IMG/VR virus record: IMGVR_UViG_3300031951_000146
Coordinates: 1-63,262 of that record
Source: a virus
Lineage: Duplodnaviria; Caudoviricetes
Length of the DNA stretch: 63,262 bases
Strand: one strand, 5' to 3'
Every line of letters starts with the position of its first letter. The first letter of the stretch is position 1. The notes under the pieces are model-generated. The model ran no database searches and had not been told where the DNA came from. It worked only from the letters and a program-made list of their open reading frames with translations. The translations under genes and the position numbers were made by a program. Positions 45,869-56,118 of this stretch are shown here, one piece after another.

Positions 45869-46585
45869 TCAATACCTTAACAAAGGAAACCCACCCCCCT
45901 TCACATCTATACCCTCCACCACAACTAGGTTCCCTCGTCGGAAAGGTTGGGAGGTGTCCACCCTCATGACTGTGTGAACCATCCCTAAACCCCCTAGTTC
46001 CTCCGGAGTACCCAGCTCTCGGAGAGTACCGACCCATGTGGGTAGCTGACGTGGGTGAGCCTTCAATCCTCTTCTCTTCTTCCTGAACCTGAACGGGATC
46101 ACCACCTCCTCGTACATCTCGATCCACTCTGTCCGAGTGATCTCCACCTTCCACCCTCGGAACCGAGCCACCGCTAGGAGCCTGTCGTACCTCCGTCCGG
46201 GGTCTGACTTAACCAATAGAAGTGTTTTCCTATTGGCCTCCTTCTTCTCCACGATAGGCTTCCACCGAGCCTTCTTGGAGAGTCCCGGTCTGTTGCCCGC
46301 TCGGTTCATCATCTCCTCAAGGTAAATCTTTTCCCGAGAGGAAAGGGGCTTATCCGAATAGGCCTTTCGATTAAGGTAATCCGCATAAGACCTCAATTGA
46401 AAGATAGGGGCTACATCCGTCTCCCAATTAGGGTCAAGCCAGTGGGGATGGGTGTAGGTTGGATTGAGGCACTCCTCCAAGATACGTTCGTTGACTTTTA
46501 AGGATACGGGGCAGAGGTCTTCCTCGGTAAGCTTTTGATATTCCGAAGGAATGGGGTGAGTTTCACCACACAATCTACAAGTCAT
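45869..46585 (-). CDS. Basic hypothetical protein (first gene of the - arm, possible regulator)
   Basis: Own promoter; CxxC N-terminus; K/R-rich. Confidence 0.6.
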   Translation of the reverse strand: MTCRLCGETHPIPSEYQKLTEEDLCPVSLKVNERILEECLNPTYTHPHWLDPNWETDVAPIFQLRSYADYLNRKAYSDKPLSSREKIYLEEMMNRAGNRPGLSKKARWKPIVEKKEANRKTLLLVKSDPGRRYDRLLAVARFRGWKVEITRTEWIEMYEEVVIPFRFRKKRRGLKAHPRQLPTWVGTLRELGTPEELGGLGMVHTVMRVDTSQPFRRGNLVVVEGIDVKGGGFPLLRY

Positions 46586-46614
46586 GTTTGAGTTCTCCGA
46601 CGATATATAAGCGA

Positions 46615-46643
46615 AGTGTACACCACAAGAAAGGGGGAGTCAA
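46615..46643 (-). promoter_or_regulatory. Sigma70-type promoter
   Basis: TTGACT-17 nt-TACACT on the - strand. Confidence 0.75.
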
Positions 46644-47140
46644 CAAGGGAGAGTTAAATACCTATTTGGGCTTTTCCGTGGGAATAGGGGTGGTACTCAT
46701 CGACACACACCCCCTATCAGGCGGGGGATACCCCCGGGGGTCTAAACACAATAAAACCCCAATGAAGGGGCCAAGATGAATAATGGACCCATTACAAATA
46801 GGGCCTAATGAATTAGCAATCAATTGAGAAGAGGGCTAATGGAACGGGGAGACGGCCTGCGGCTCTGTGTCCTGTTAAATGTGGAGAGACGGGAGTGAGT
46901 GAGGGGGGCGCACCACACACACACACACCCGAAGGGGACACAAACAAGCCTTGCCCAACGTTCCCAGGTTCCCCCACCCACAGCGGGCTCCCCTTTAATA
47001 TACACTTGTGCAGCAATGGGGCTATTATCGATGCACCATAGGCGCTACGCGCTGGCGCGGGGCTTCTCCCCGCTTCGGTGCAACGGTCACCCTACCTGTG
47101 GTGAAAATACAACACACATTGTGACACAATCTCTTACAAT

Positions 47141-47216
47141 CGCCCCCTTGTGCTAGCCTATTCCCCTAGAGTAGGCTATCCCGAGCTAAGCGATAGTCGC
47201 GAAGCCACCCGGAGCA
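47141..47216 (+). repeat. Early promoter/leader cassette, copy 1 (copy 2 at about 47452-47576)
   Basis: CCCCTTGTGCTAG-N4-TTCCC and CCGAGCTARGCGATAGTCGCGAAGCC...CACCCGGAGCA occur in both copies. Confidence 0.85.
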
Positions 47217-47224
47217 CACAAGCC

Positions 47225-47425
47225 ATGACAAGAATTAACCCTCCGAATCCAGCAGATAGCGGAATTGATCGTTGGCGCTTTTGCGGGCTTTCCCTCGAAA
47301 GCCTCACCGTGCACTTTTGGAGATACGGACAAGCCGCGAAGGGTGAGCCGTCGCAGATCGGCAGCTATTGCGAGTTTTCCGACAAAGATTCCTTTGATAA
47401 GTACGTTCGTACTATCATAGGTTAA
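47225..47425 (+). CDS. First early gene, hypothetical
   Basis: GGAG RBS in the repeated leader. Confidence 0.6.
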   Translation: MTRINPPNPADSGIDRWRFCGLSLESLTVHFWRYGQAAKGEPSQIGSYCEFSDKDSFDKYVRTIIG

Positions 47426-47584
47426 CAAAGATTAACAAAGGACGCATCCGTCGCCCCTTGTGCTAGAGTCTTCCCATATGCGAGGATTCTAGCGCTGATA
47501 AGCGCGCCCCACGGGCGAAGCCCGTAGCCCGAGCTAGGCGATAGTCGCGAAGCCGCACCAACAGTCACCCGGAGCAAAGCCGCT

Positions 47585-47890
47585 ATGCGCAAGATCGAAC
47601 AACAAATGACCCAAGCCATCCGAGACGGCCAGAACTGGCAGAGCGGGAACACTATGGTCAATCGGTGTGATGTTATCGGCGACACAGAGACAGGGGTTTA
47701 TCTTCACGGGCACTTAATCGCTAAGCGGTATTCAAGGGGGTTTGACACTGCAAGCGAGGCGCCTTTTCAAGTAATTGAACACACCTTCCGCAAGTGGCCC
47801 ACCCGCACTACCGTCTCCCGCCTCCGCGCCCTTGGTATTGATGCCGCTATCCGCAAGGGCAAGCCCACGATTAACGGAAAGGAAGTCTAA
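47585..47890 (+). CDS. Early hypothetical protein
   Basis: VYLHGHLIA...TRTTVSRL resembles a common phage early family (from memory). Confidence 0.7.
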   Translation: MRKIEQQMTQAIRDGQNWQSGNTMVNRCDVIGDTETGVYLHGHLIAKRYSRGFDTASEAPFQVIEHTFRKWPTRTTVSRLRALGIDAAIRKGKPTINGKEV

Positions 47891-47891
47891 C

Positions 47892-48176
47892 ATGCGCATC
47901 ACCCGCAAGCATCTCCAACCTGCCATTGATCGCCTCAACCGCGAGACCAACAGCCCCGCTAGTCCGTGGGCTCGTCGTGACGAAGATGGCAGGCGGCGTG
48001 CCAACATCGGCAACTATCACCTCAGCCAAGCCTACGGCGGCTTTTCCCTTCACCGGATGGTAAACGAATCAGGCGGTGTCTCGGACGTGTTCTCGTGTGG
48101 TCACGTCCCCGCTCGTGACCTGTATAACCAGCTCCACGCTTTCTTGCGTGGGATTGAGTTCGGACGGGAGGGTTAA
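47892..48176 (+). CDS. Early hypothetical protein
   Basis: IGNYHLSQAYGG motif; AAGGA RBS. Confidence 0.7.
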   Translation: MRITRKHLQPAIDRLNRETNSPASPWARRDEDGRRRANIGNYHLSQAYGGFSLHRMVNESGGVSDVFSCGHVPARDLYNQLHAFLRGIEFGREG

Positions 48177-48179
48177 AAC

Positions 48180-48443
48180 ATGGATCGCCTGAGCTACCGC
48201 ACCCACTCCGGGCTTCTTACCCAAGCCCGGACCAACAACCCCGAGCCGATGCGCTCCCGACTCGCCACAATCGCCCTTAGCGGCTACAAGAGCCGCAAGC
48301 GTAGGCGAGTCTATGCCACCCTACGGGAGGCGGGTATCACGGCCCTAGAGTGGTTCCTAGCGGCTCTCTTGTGTGCCGGGGGCACCTATGTCACCCTGTA
48401 CCTTATCAGTGAATACGCTTGTACGTTCCGGGGGGTTTGTTGA
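48180..48443 (+). CDS. Early membrane protein
   Basis: GGAGG RBS; C-terminal TM. Confidence 0.6.
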   Translation: MDRLSYRTHSGLLTQARTNNPEPMRSRLATIALSGYKSRKRRRVYATLREAGITALEWFLAALLCAGGTYVTLYLISEYACTFRGVC

Positions 48444-48764
48444 TATGAGCGCTTCGCGTTTTGAAGTCTTCAACATGGAAACCGGGGAGTCCGTCAAGGG
48501 CTTCCCGTTCTCAGAGCACAACCCCCGCACCCGCTCCCTTGCTCTTGTGAGAGCCAAGCAACTGGCGTTGGCCTACACCTTCCGTTCCCTCGCTGTCCGT
48601 CTGTGGGAGAAGGGCAACCCGGTCCCGACGATTGTTTACAGTCCTGCTTAAGTGTCCTAGCTCCACAGCCTCTAATCTGTAACACTCTTTTACACTTTAG
48701 GGGTTGTGCGGCTAGTCCGCTTGTGATCTAGTAGCTTCACCCAACAAGAGAGGAATACATCGTC

Positions 48765-49124
48765 ATGTTTACCCTGCCGTTTTCCAGCTTTGATGTTCGC
48801 CCCGGCGATTGGATCGTCTGCACTGTAGATGGCACCGACTACACTGCGCGCATCGAACGCGACGACACAACCGTCCCTAGCGACTTTGAGTGCTACAGCC
48901 CCGAGCAAGTCTACGAATGGGAGCGTGGCGATTGGTGCTTTGTCGGAGTTGTGATTGAAGCTAAGCGCAATGGCGTACCTTTGGGCGGGTGGCTAACGGG
49001 TCTCTGGGGCATCGAGTCCGACAGCTCCCCAGAATACTTCCTTGAAGTCGCCAACGATCTTCTCCGCGAAGCTATCCCCCTTGCCAACGAAGCCCGCAAG
49101 CGTATTGCTTTGGCGATGGCGTGA
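48765..49124 (+). CDS. Acidic early protein
   Basis: GAGGA RBS; W..G.WCFVGV...LWGIES. Confidence 0.7.
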   Translation: MFTLPFSSFDVRPGDWIVCTVDGTDYTARIERDDTTVPSDFECYSPEQVYEWERGDWCFVGVVIEAKRNGVPLGGWLTGLWGIESDSSPEYFLEVANDLLREAIPLANEARKRIALAMA

Positions 49125-49629
49125 TGCTAGACTTCCTATCATCACCCTTACTTTGGTTCGGCCTCTTGTGGATACGTGTCACCTTTGTTTACATTTCTTG
49201 CGTCAGTGCAACCAACCCCGCCAAGTTTTGCAATCCGTAGCACACAACGAGGGCACAAGATTGACACGCCACTATGTACCTAGTTTGTCGGGCGATGCTC
49301 TTTTGTGGGTCTGCGGCTTCGCTCTGGAGTCATCACGAAAAGGCCGGGAGGAGGTACAGTGGTTGCCTTTTATTGCAATTGAAACCGCACGCCATACCGA
49401 TCCACTCGACCTGCAAACGCTTGCCCGTTTGACGTGCGGGTTCGAGGCCCACCCGGACGGGGATTGTTTCGCATCTTGCCCGAAAACGAACATAAAGGTG
49501 CGGGCAAGTTCCCCGAAAGAGGCTATACTTCGCTGCTTCTCAGCGTCTCAGGTGGGATGCTGGGTAGACGTACCAGATTCCATTTTCGACGAAAAGTAAC
49601 CCGCCCCATCGCAATCGGAGACTGCTCTT

Positions 49630-49986
49630 ATGCCATCCATCCGCCTCCGCTCCTCCTCCGACCTCCGCGAAGAGTTCCGCGCTTACGGTCGCCAGTCCAC
49701 TTTCTCCGCCCAAGCCTATGACTGGCTCTGGGACTACCTCGAACAGCTTGAAGAAGACACCGGCACTCCGCTTGAGATCGACGTTGTGGGTCTGTGCTGT
49801 GACTACACCGAAGAGGACTACGATAGCATCGCGTCGTCTTACAGTATCGACCTGCCCGAGCGGGACGAGGACGAGTCCGAGGAGGATCACGCCGAGTCCG
49901 TGCGCGAAACCATCCTCGATTATCTCCGGGATAACACGGTTGTTCTCGGGTACGATGATGATTCGGTTCTCTACGCGGCTTTTTAA
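49630..49986 (+). CDS. Highly acidic early protein (candidate DNA mimic)
   Basis: About 30 Asp/Glu and no Lys in 118 aa; [13 protein letters not shown]. Confidence 0.7.
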   Translation: MPSIRLRSSSDLREEFRAYGRQSTFSAQAYDWLWDYLEQLEEDTGTPLEIDVVGLCCDYTEEDYDSIASSYSIDLPERDEDESEEDHAESVRETILDYLRDNTVVLGYDDDSVLYAAF

Positions 49987-50000
49987 GGAGTAAAACCGCC

Positions 50001-50912
50001 GTGTCTATTGTCAAAATCGTTTCCCGCTGGGACTCGTCAAAAGTTCTGTTTGAATCCACCACATCCAATAGTTTGAAAGAGGCTGTTATTGAGGCACGGA
50101 GGCAACGGGCGAACCTCTCCGGGGCGAACCTCTACGGGGCGAACCTCTACGGGGCGAACCTCTCCGGGGCGAACCTCTACGGGGCGAACCTCTCCCGGGC
50201 GGACCTCTCCGGGGCGAACCTCTCCGGGGCGAACCTCTCCCGGGCGGACCTCTCCCGGGCGGACCTCTCCGGGGCGAACCTCTCCGGGGCGAACCTCTCC
50301 GGGGCGAACCTCTACGGGGCGAACCTCTACGGGGCGAACCTCTCCGGGGCGAACCTCTACGGGGCGAACCTCTCCCGGGCGAACCTCTCCGGGGCGGACC
50401 TCTCCCGGGCGAACCTCTCCGGGGCGAACCTCTACGGGGCGGACCTCTCCGGGGCGAACCTCTCCGGGGCGAACCTCTCCGGGGCGGACCTCTACGGGGC
50501 GAACCTCTCCGGGGCGAACCTCTACGGGGCGAACCTCTCCGGGGCGAACCTCTCCGGGGCGAACCTCTACGGGGCGCTGCACGCTGAACTTACAATTGCC
50601 CAAACGCGCATCCTCCCCGATGAGGGTGCAGTCATCGGGTGGAAAAAGTGCCGAGGCGGTGTGATCGTCAAGTTGCTTGTCCCTGAAGGAGCCAAGCGTT
50701 CCCACGCCTTCGGGCGTAAGTGCCGGGCCGAATGGGTGGAAGTCCTCGAAGTGTTCGGGGCAGACGTTGGTGTGTCCCTCCACGATGCCGCGACTAAGTA
50801 CCGCAAGGGCGAGGTTGTCCGCCCGGATTCGTTCTCCGACAACTGGCGGGACGAGTGCGCCCCCGGTATCCACTTCTTCATCACCCGAATTGAAGCCGAG
50901 AACTACAACTAA
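50001..50912 (+). CDS. Pentapeptide-repeat protein with DUF5758-like C-terminal domain
   Basis: 31 x A(N/D)L(S/Y)(G/R); C-terminal [19 protein letters not shown]. Confidence 0.9.
   Translation: MSIVKIVSRWDSSKVLFESTTSNSLKEAVIEARRQRANLSGANLYGANLYGANLSGANLYGANLSRADLSGANLSGANLSRADLSRADLSGANLSGANLSGANLYGANLYGANLSGANLYGANLSRANLSGADLSRANLSGANLYGADLSGANLSGANLSGADLYGANLSGANLYGANLSGANLSGANLYGALHAELTIAQTRILPDEGAVIGWKKCRGGVIVKLLVPEGAKRSHAFGRKCRAEWVEVLEVFGADVGVSLHDAATKYRKGEVVRPDSFSDNWRDECAPGIHFFITRIEAENYN
50109..50573. repeat. Tandem 15-bp repeat, 31 units
   Basis: GCG(A/G)ACCTCT(C/A)C(G/C)GG. Confidence 0.95.
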
Positions 50913-50924
50913 GGGAGTTCCGTT

Positions 50925-53900
50925 ATGCTAGACCGCACCACACATCCGTTCATCGTTAATACGCTTGATTCCTCCCCTGCGTGGAGTCTTGAGACTCGCA
51001 AGTATCCTGATGCTTGGGAAGCTACGATCTGGTTTCATGATGACGGTCTTTCTCAGGCATCCTCCCGTGCCGAAGACCTGACCCTCCCTGATGCGCTTAA
51101 CAACCTTGAGCGCCTGCTGGAAACCGGGAGTGCCAAAGCTTGAGCTACTACATCGTCCAAATCCCCCCGAGAAATCCCGAAACGGACGTTTGGCGTCTCC
51201 ACGAAGTCCCCTACCGGGAACGACGCCACGCAATCGCCGCCGTGGAAGCCCACCGGACTTACGGTTTCCACGATGCTGATTACATCGAAGTGACAACCGG
51301 AGAGTACGAAGATGAAAATTTCTAAAAAGCAGAGAGCAGAATACCACAAGGCGTTTCTAGAGTTGAGAGAACTCGGGCCGAGATATTCAGGGGTAGGGAT
51401 TTGCCTAAATTGTGGAATTGATTCACAAGTTGTTGGTGCCCTGTCAGAAAAATGGCCTAGGTTTTCCGGTGACATCAGTTATCCAATCCCTTCCTCTAGG
51501 AAGGGTGGTTGTCCTGAAGTTGCTTATCACGGAGCCAAAAGTCTCTGGAACAAACGTACCAAGTACGGGCGTCTCCGGTGGGAGTTGTTGGATTTCCTCA
51601 TTGACGCAACGAAGCCGGAGGATAAGTGATGAAAACCCCTGACTGGTCACAAGCCCCCGAGTGGGCTAACTATGTGGCGATGGATGCGGATGGGGAGTGG
51701 TTCTGGTATTCCGAGGAACCAACCATTGTCGATAATGTTTGGATTCCCGATGGTGGGCATCACATCTATGCTGGGACGACCGACTCGCCGTGGACTTCCT
51801 CTCTGTCAACACGGCCCAACTCAAAAGGGGCTTGACGGTATGCACACTCTAAAAGAAGTCTCACCGGGAATTGTCATCGGCATCACATCGGCTATCAAAC
51901 CCACCCCCCGCACTATCCGTGCGCTTGCTGATATGCTCCGGGGGAGGAATCCCGGCTTGTCGGTATCTCACCGGGATTCGGCTTCGGGAATGTGGTTCGT
52001 TGCAGTACAATTGACCGGAGAGGAGGTAAACCATGAATATCAGTAATGTTGGGGTGCTGCGGTTGGGCGCTAATACCGAGTCCGTAGGGTGGTTGGACCT
52101 CCCCGACAATTGCGGTTGGAGTGAAGACTTGGCTGACTACACCAACATCCCCGGTGGTTATGAGATTGGAGATATCCTCCTCGTCCCCACCTACCGCCTA
52201 GAGGAGGTGGAGGAGATCATCGAACCCGAGAAGCCGGGGGTTCCGGTGGAACCGTATGTGGGGATGGTTTTGTACCACAATGAAGGCTGCTCTTCTTGTG
52301 TGATCGTAGCGCAGGTCCAGTCCGATGCTTGGATGGTAGCTTGGTGGGGAGAGGATTGCCCAATTGAGATTAACTCAGCCCTCTACTTCAACGACCTCCT
52401 CTTCAAGAGGAAGGACTACCCCCACACCCCCTCCACCCCAGCCGTTACCCGAAAGGTCAAGAAGTGGGTTAAGATCGAGCACCCGGAGGTGTCTTCCGAT
52501 GGTATCGCTTGAATCCGTGTGGCTGCTCGGGTGTTCCCTTGTTGGGTTGTCGTACATCCTCACGGAGTATCTTCGACGTGAATCGTGGAAGTATGTCACG
52601 AAGGAGCGGGACGAGTTTCCGTGGGTGTTGAGTGTTCTCCGAGACGGCTCCCTAATCTTCGGATGTGTTATCGTGCTTGGGGTGATTGGTCATTTGGTTC
52701 TTAACGGAGGGGGTGTGTGATGATGAAAAATGGAGACGTGCCGGCGACACTACTCACCAAGCGCGAGCTGTTCGCAGCTATGGCGATGCAGGGGTTGCTA
52801 TCTGGCCCTGAATTTTCCAATGCTGACGCGCATCAGTCCCGCCAAGTCGCAATGTGCGCAGTCAATCAGGCCGACGCCCTCCTAGCCGGCCTGGAGCCCA
52901 AGCCGTGAGCGCGGAGAGCGGAAAGGCAGTCGAGCGATTTGACTGCACCAACGGCGGCGCGCAGTTCTGCCAAGGCTGCTATACGATGACCGTGGATTCA
53001 GACGGCGAGTATGTCCGCCACGAGGACTACGCCAAGTTGGAACAGCAGCGCGCCGCGCTTGTGGAGGCGCTAACCGCAGCTAACGCTGCTTTGCGGGAGT
53101 GCCTGCGCGAGTGCGCCGATGACCTTGAGGCCGAAGTCAACGCCCGCGCATCCGGCGAGCTACCCCGCAGGATCGAGCGCGACCTAGAGCCCGTGCGCAA
53201 AGCGCGTGTGTTGCTGGCCCAGCGCGGCGAGGGGGAGTGATGGTCGTCTGTACGTTCGACAATCCTGCGACGTGGTGCCGCGAGTGCTGGCAAGATGGTA
53301 AACTCCTTTGCTCGTACAGCTACTTAATCCTACCCGGCATTGCTCGCGAACCTATCCCCGGTCGACTGTACTTCTTTGGTGCGAATGTAGGGGAGTGGTC
53401 GCCGGGGAGATTGTGGGGCGATCCGAGAGCTACCGAGCCTGCTTATTCACACACTGACAACAAGGAACCCACCCCCGAATGAAGCTCGAACTGATACACC
53501 GTTATGACCACAAAGGCCGGATGTGCGTAGCCCCACACATCGACGGCTTCAATGTGTGGGACATTCCTAAAAAGCAATGGACAGAGGAGGTAGCCAGCGC
53601 ACTCCTTCACGCATACAACCTCGGCAGAGCAAGCGCCCGCCGAGACATTGAAGCCTCCATCCGAAACGTAAACACACAAGAGGTATCTGTGTGGAACTTG
53701 AAGTGGCCCACCTCCGAATGAACCGGACTATTCTTGGTGTACTCTGGACTCCTCTCGATACGACCAATGTCTACCGTTGGTGTGACTGGTACGATGGATA
53801 CCTCCACGCTCGGGGGTCTACCACCTCCGGTAATGCCTCTAGGAAGTCCTCCAAGGCTGACCAACGCCTTACCCAATACCTACCCTACGGGTACCTGTGT

Positions 53901-56118
53901 GCTGACCTCCTAGTGGAGGACGGGTGGACTCGTGACGTACACGGTACGTTGTTCAAGACTGACCCCGTCTGGGGGTTGGAATGGGCAGCCTCCGAGAATA
54001 CTTCGGGGGTGCGTACTTCGGATGGACTCAACCCGATCCTTGAGTTCCGGGTACGTCTTCCGAACTCCTACCGCTTCTCCGGGGCTATCCCGAGCTTCGG
54101 CAAGAGGGCGTACTATTCCGTGTTCCGTCAACAGGTTAGTATCCCGGACACACTTGTTGACTGGTTGCTTCAGCTTGGGTACACGGAGGACCGGCTAGGA
54201 TATAAGAGGGAGGAAGATCATCGTAGACGGAACGAAGCGTGAGCGGAGTGAAGTCGGAGATGGATAGATAACCTTTCTAGGAGTAATACTTAGATATGAA
54301 AACTGTACGAGTGCGTGTGTTTGTGAGTGTGGCCCAGAGTGGACACTGGTCAGCATATGGGGACGCGCAGGCACAAGTGCCTGAGAAAGCAGCTGTGTTC
54401 TACACTGGGCACGCCTACGGAGACGCCGGCTACTGGATCGAAGCTGACCTTCCCCTTCCTAACCAAGCCCCTGAGATTGTGGCTACTGTTACGCGAGCCT
54501 GAAGGAATAACAAAGATATGACCAAAGACCAACTCGAAGCGGTCATCAAGAGAAGCTCAGTCAAAGGTTCAGACATCTATGCGGAGGTTGCATCAATTGC
54601 ATTTGGTGTGTTGCCAAATGAAGTCACATCTAGTCAACGCAGACAAGCAAAGCAGATGACACACCAAGCCCTTTATTCAACACCCACTGCTATGGAGACG
54701 CACCGTGACCCTTAAACTCGAAGCTGGTAAGAAGTACCGCACCCGGGGTGGTGTTTGTGAGGTGGAGGTGCTGAGGATTCTTGAGAATCCAGTCAGCCCT
54801 TCCGAAGCTGTTGTTGGAGTTCTACGTCAGACAGACGGTTGTCAAGAGGTAGTCGCCCATTACGCAAACGGGTCTTTTGCTCAGGGAGAGATTCACTACC
54901 TCGACCTCATCTCCGAGATCAAACCCAAGCGCGTGGCGTGGTTGAATGTGTATGAGGAAGACGAAGGGGGCTTCTACTTCAACTCACGACAAGAAGCGGA
55001 CGATGACGATATGAAGCATCGTTCGATAGATGACGTCCGCATCGCCTGTATCCGGATAGAGATTGAGGAGGGAAGGTTCGATGAGTGAGTACCCCACCCC
55101 CGATGAACTAGACGCCTTGATCGACCAAGCCCAGATGTCCCCGGATCAGGAGGCTTGGTGTGTCATGGCTGTGATGGATTATCGACTCGCCGCTAGGCAG
55201 GTGATGTTGGCTATTGCTCAAAAGGAAAAAGCCCATGTCGAATAACAAGAACTACGAGAAGTACATCCGAGAGGATGGTGCTGTAGGCGTCTTGTCTTCA
55301 CCCGGCTTCGGAGCTGGGTGGTCTACTTGGAACCGCGATGACGTAGCTGAGAGAATGGTCTTTGATAAGGCTCTGGTTGAGGCAGTGCTTGGTGATAACC
55401 GTGGTCTAGCAGCAGAGATTGCATCGGGGTTTGACGAGTATGTTTGTGTCCTTGGTGCTGGAGATTTGGAGGTTTCTTTCCTCCACCCGAACACGGCTTT
55501 TCGTATCGAAGAGTACGATGGCTCGGAGAGCATTCAGGAATTCTCCCACATGGAGTTCTATCATGCATAACCCCCTCGACCGTGTAACCGAAGCAGCCCG
55601 AGCCATCACCAACCTCGGGCTTCCCGACAACTGTGTGTATTCCGAGCGAACTTCGTTTGAGCAGGGGGTTATCCAAGAGTTCCTTCAAGCGTGCTTTGAC
55701 GCACGAAGGGAGTTGCAAGACGACATTGGGTATACCATCTCTGAATTAGAAGACGCCTACGAGCGGGGTTGGAACGATGGGTTTGAAGGGGGGTACAACA
55801 GCCATGACTAACGAATCCGAAGACGCGCTCGGCGTCTCAGACGCTTTGTACGAAATGGCGGAACAAGCGTGGAATGAGTGTTGGCCTGATGAGCCAAAGT
55901 ATCTTTCGTCTAAGACCGCTCAGTGTATAGTAGATGCTCAGTGGCTTATCGGTGTAGCAACCGCCATCATTAAGAAATACGATGGCCCTCTCTCGGACAT
56001 TGCCGACCATCTTGGAGACTTTGGAGATAGGTGGATCGAGAAGCGAGCCGAGGCTATTCTCGAAGATGCCCGAGAGGCGGAGGCTCAAGCTCGTGCGGAC
56101 AGTCGGGAGGGGTGGTGA
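50925..56118 (+). other. Cluster of about 18 small, tightly coupled early/middle hypothetical genes
   Basis: Examples: 51312-51629, 51626-51835 (PDWSQAPEWA), 52033-52512, 52717-52908 (KRELFAAMAMQG), 52905-53240, 54705-55088. RBSs and ATGA/GTGA overlaps throughout. Confidence 0.65.

Noticed and set aside
47452-47480. Sigma32-like promoter (CCCCTTG...CCCAT)
   Set aside because: Spacing is too short for the RpoH consensus.
50109-50573. Possible CRISPR array
   Set aside because: Contiguous coding repeat with no spacers; no cas genes seen.
50037-50873. Alternative-frame repeat ORFs (EVRPG)n and (GRTSP)n
   Set aside because: By-products of a stop-free 15-bp repeat.
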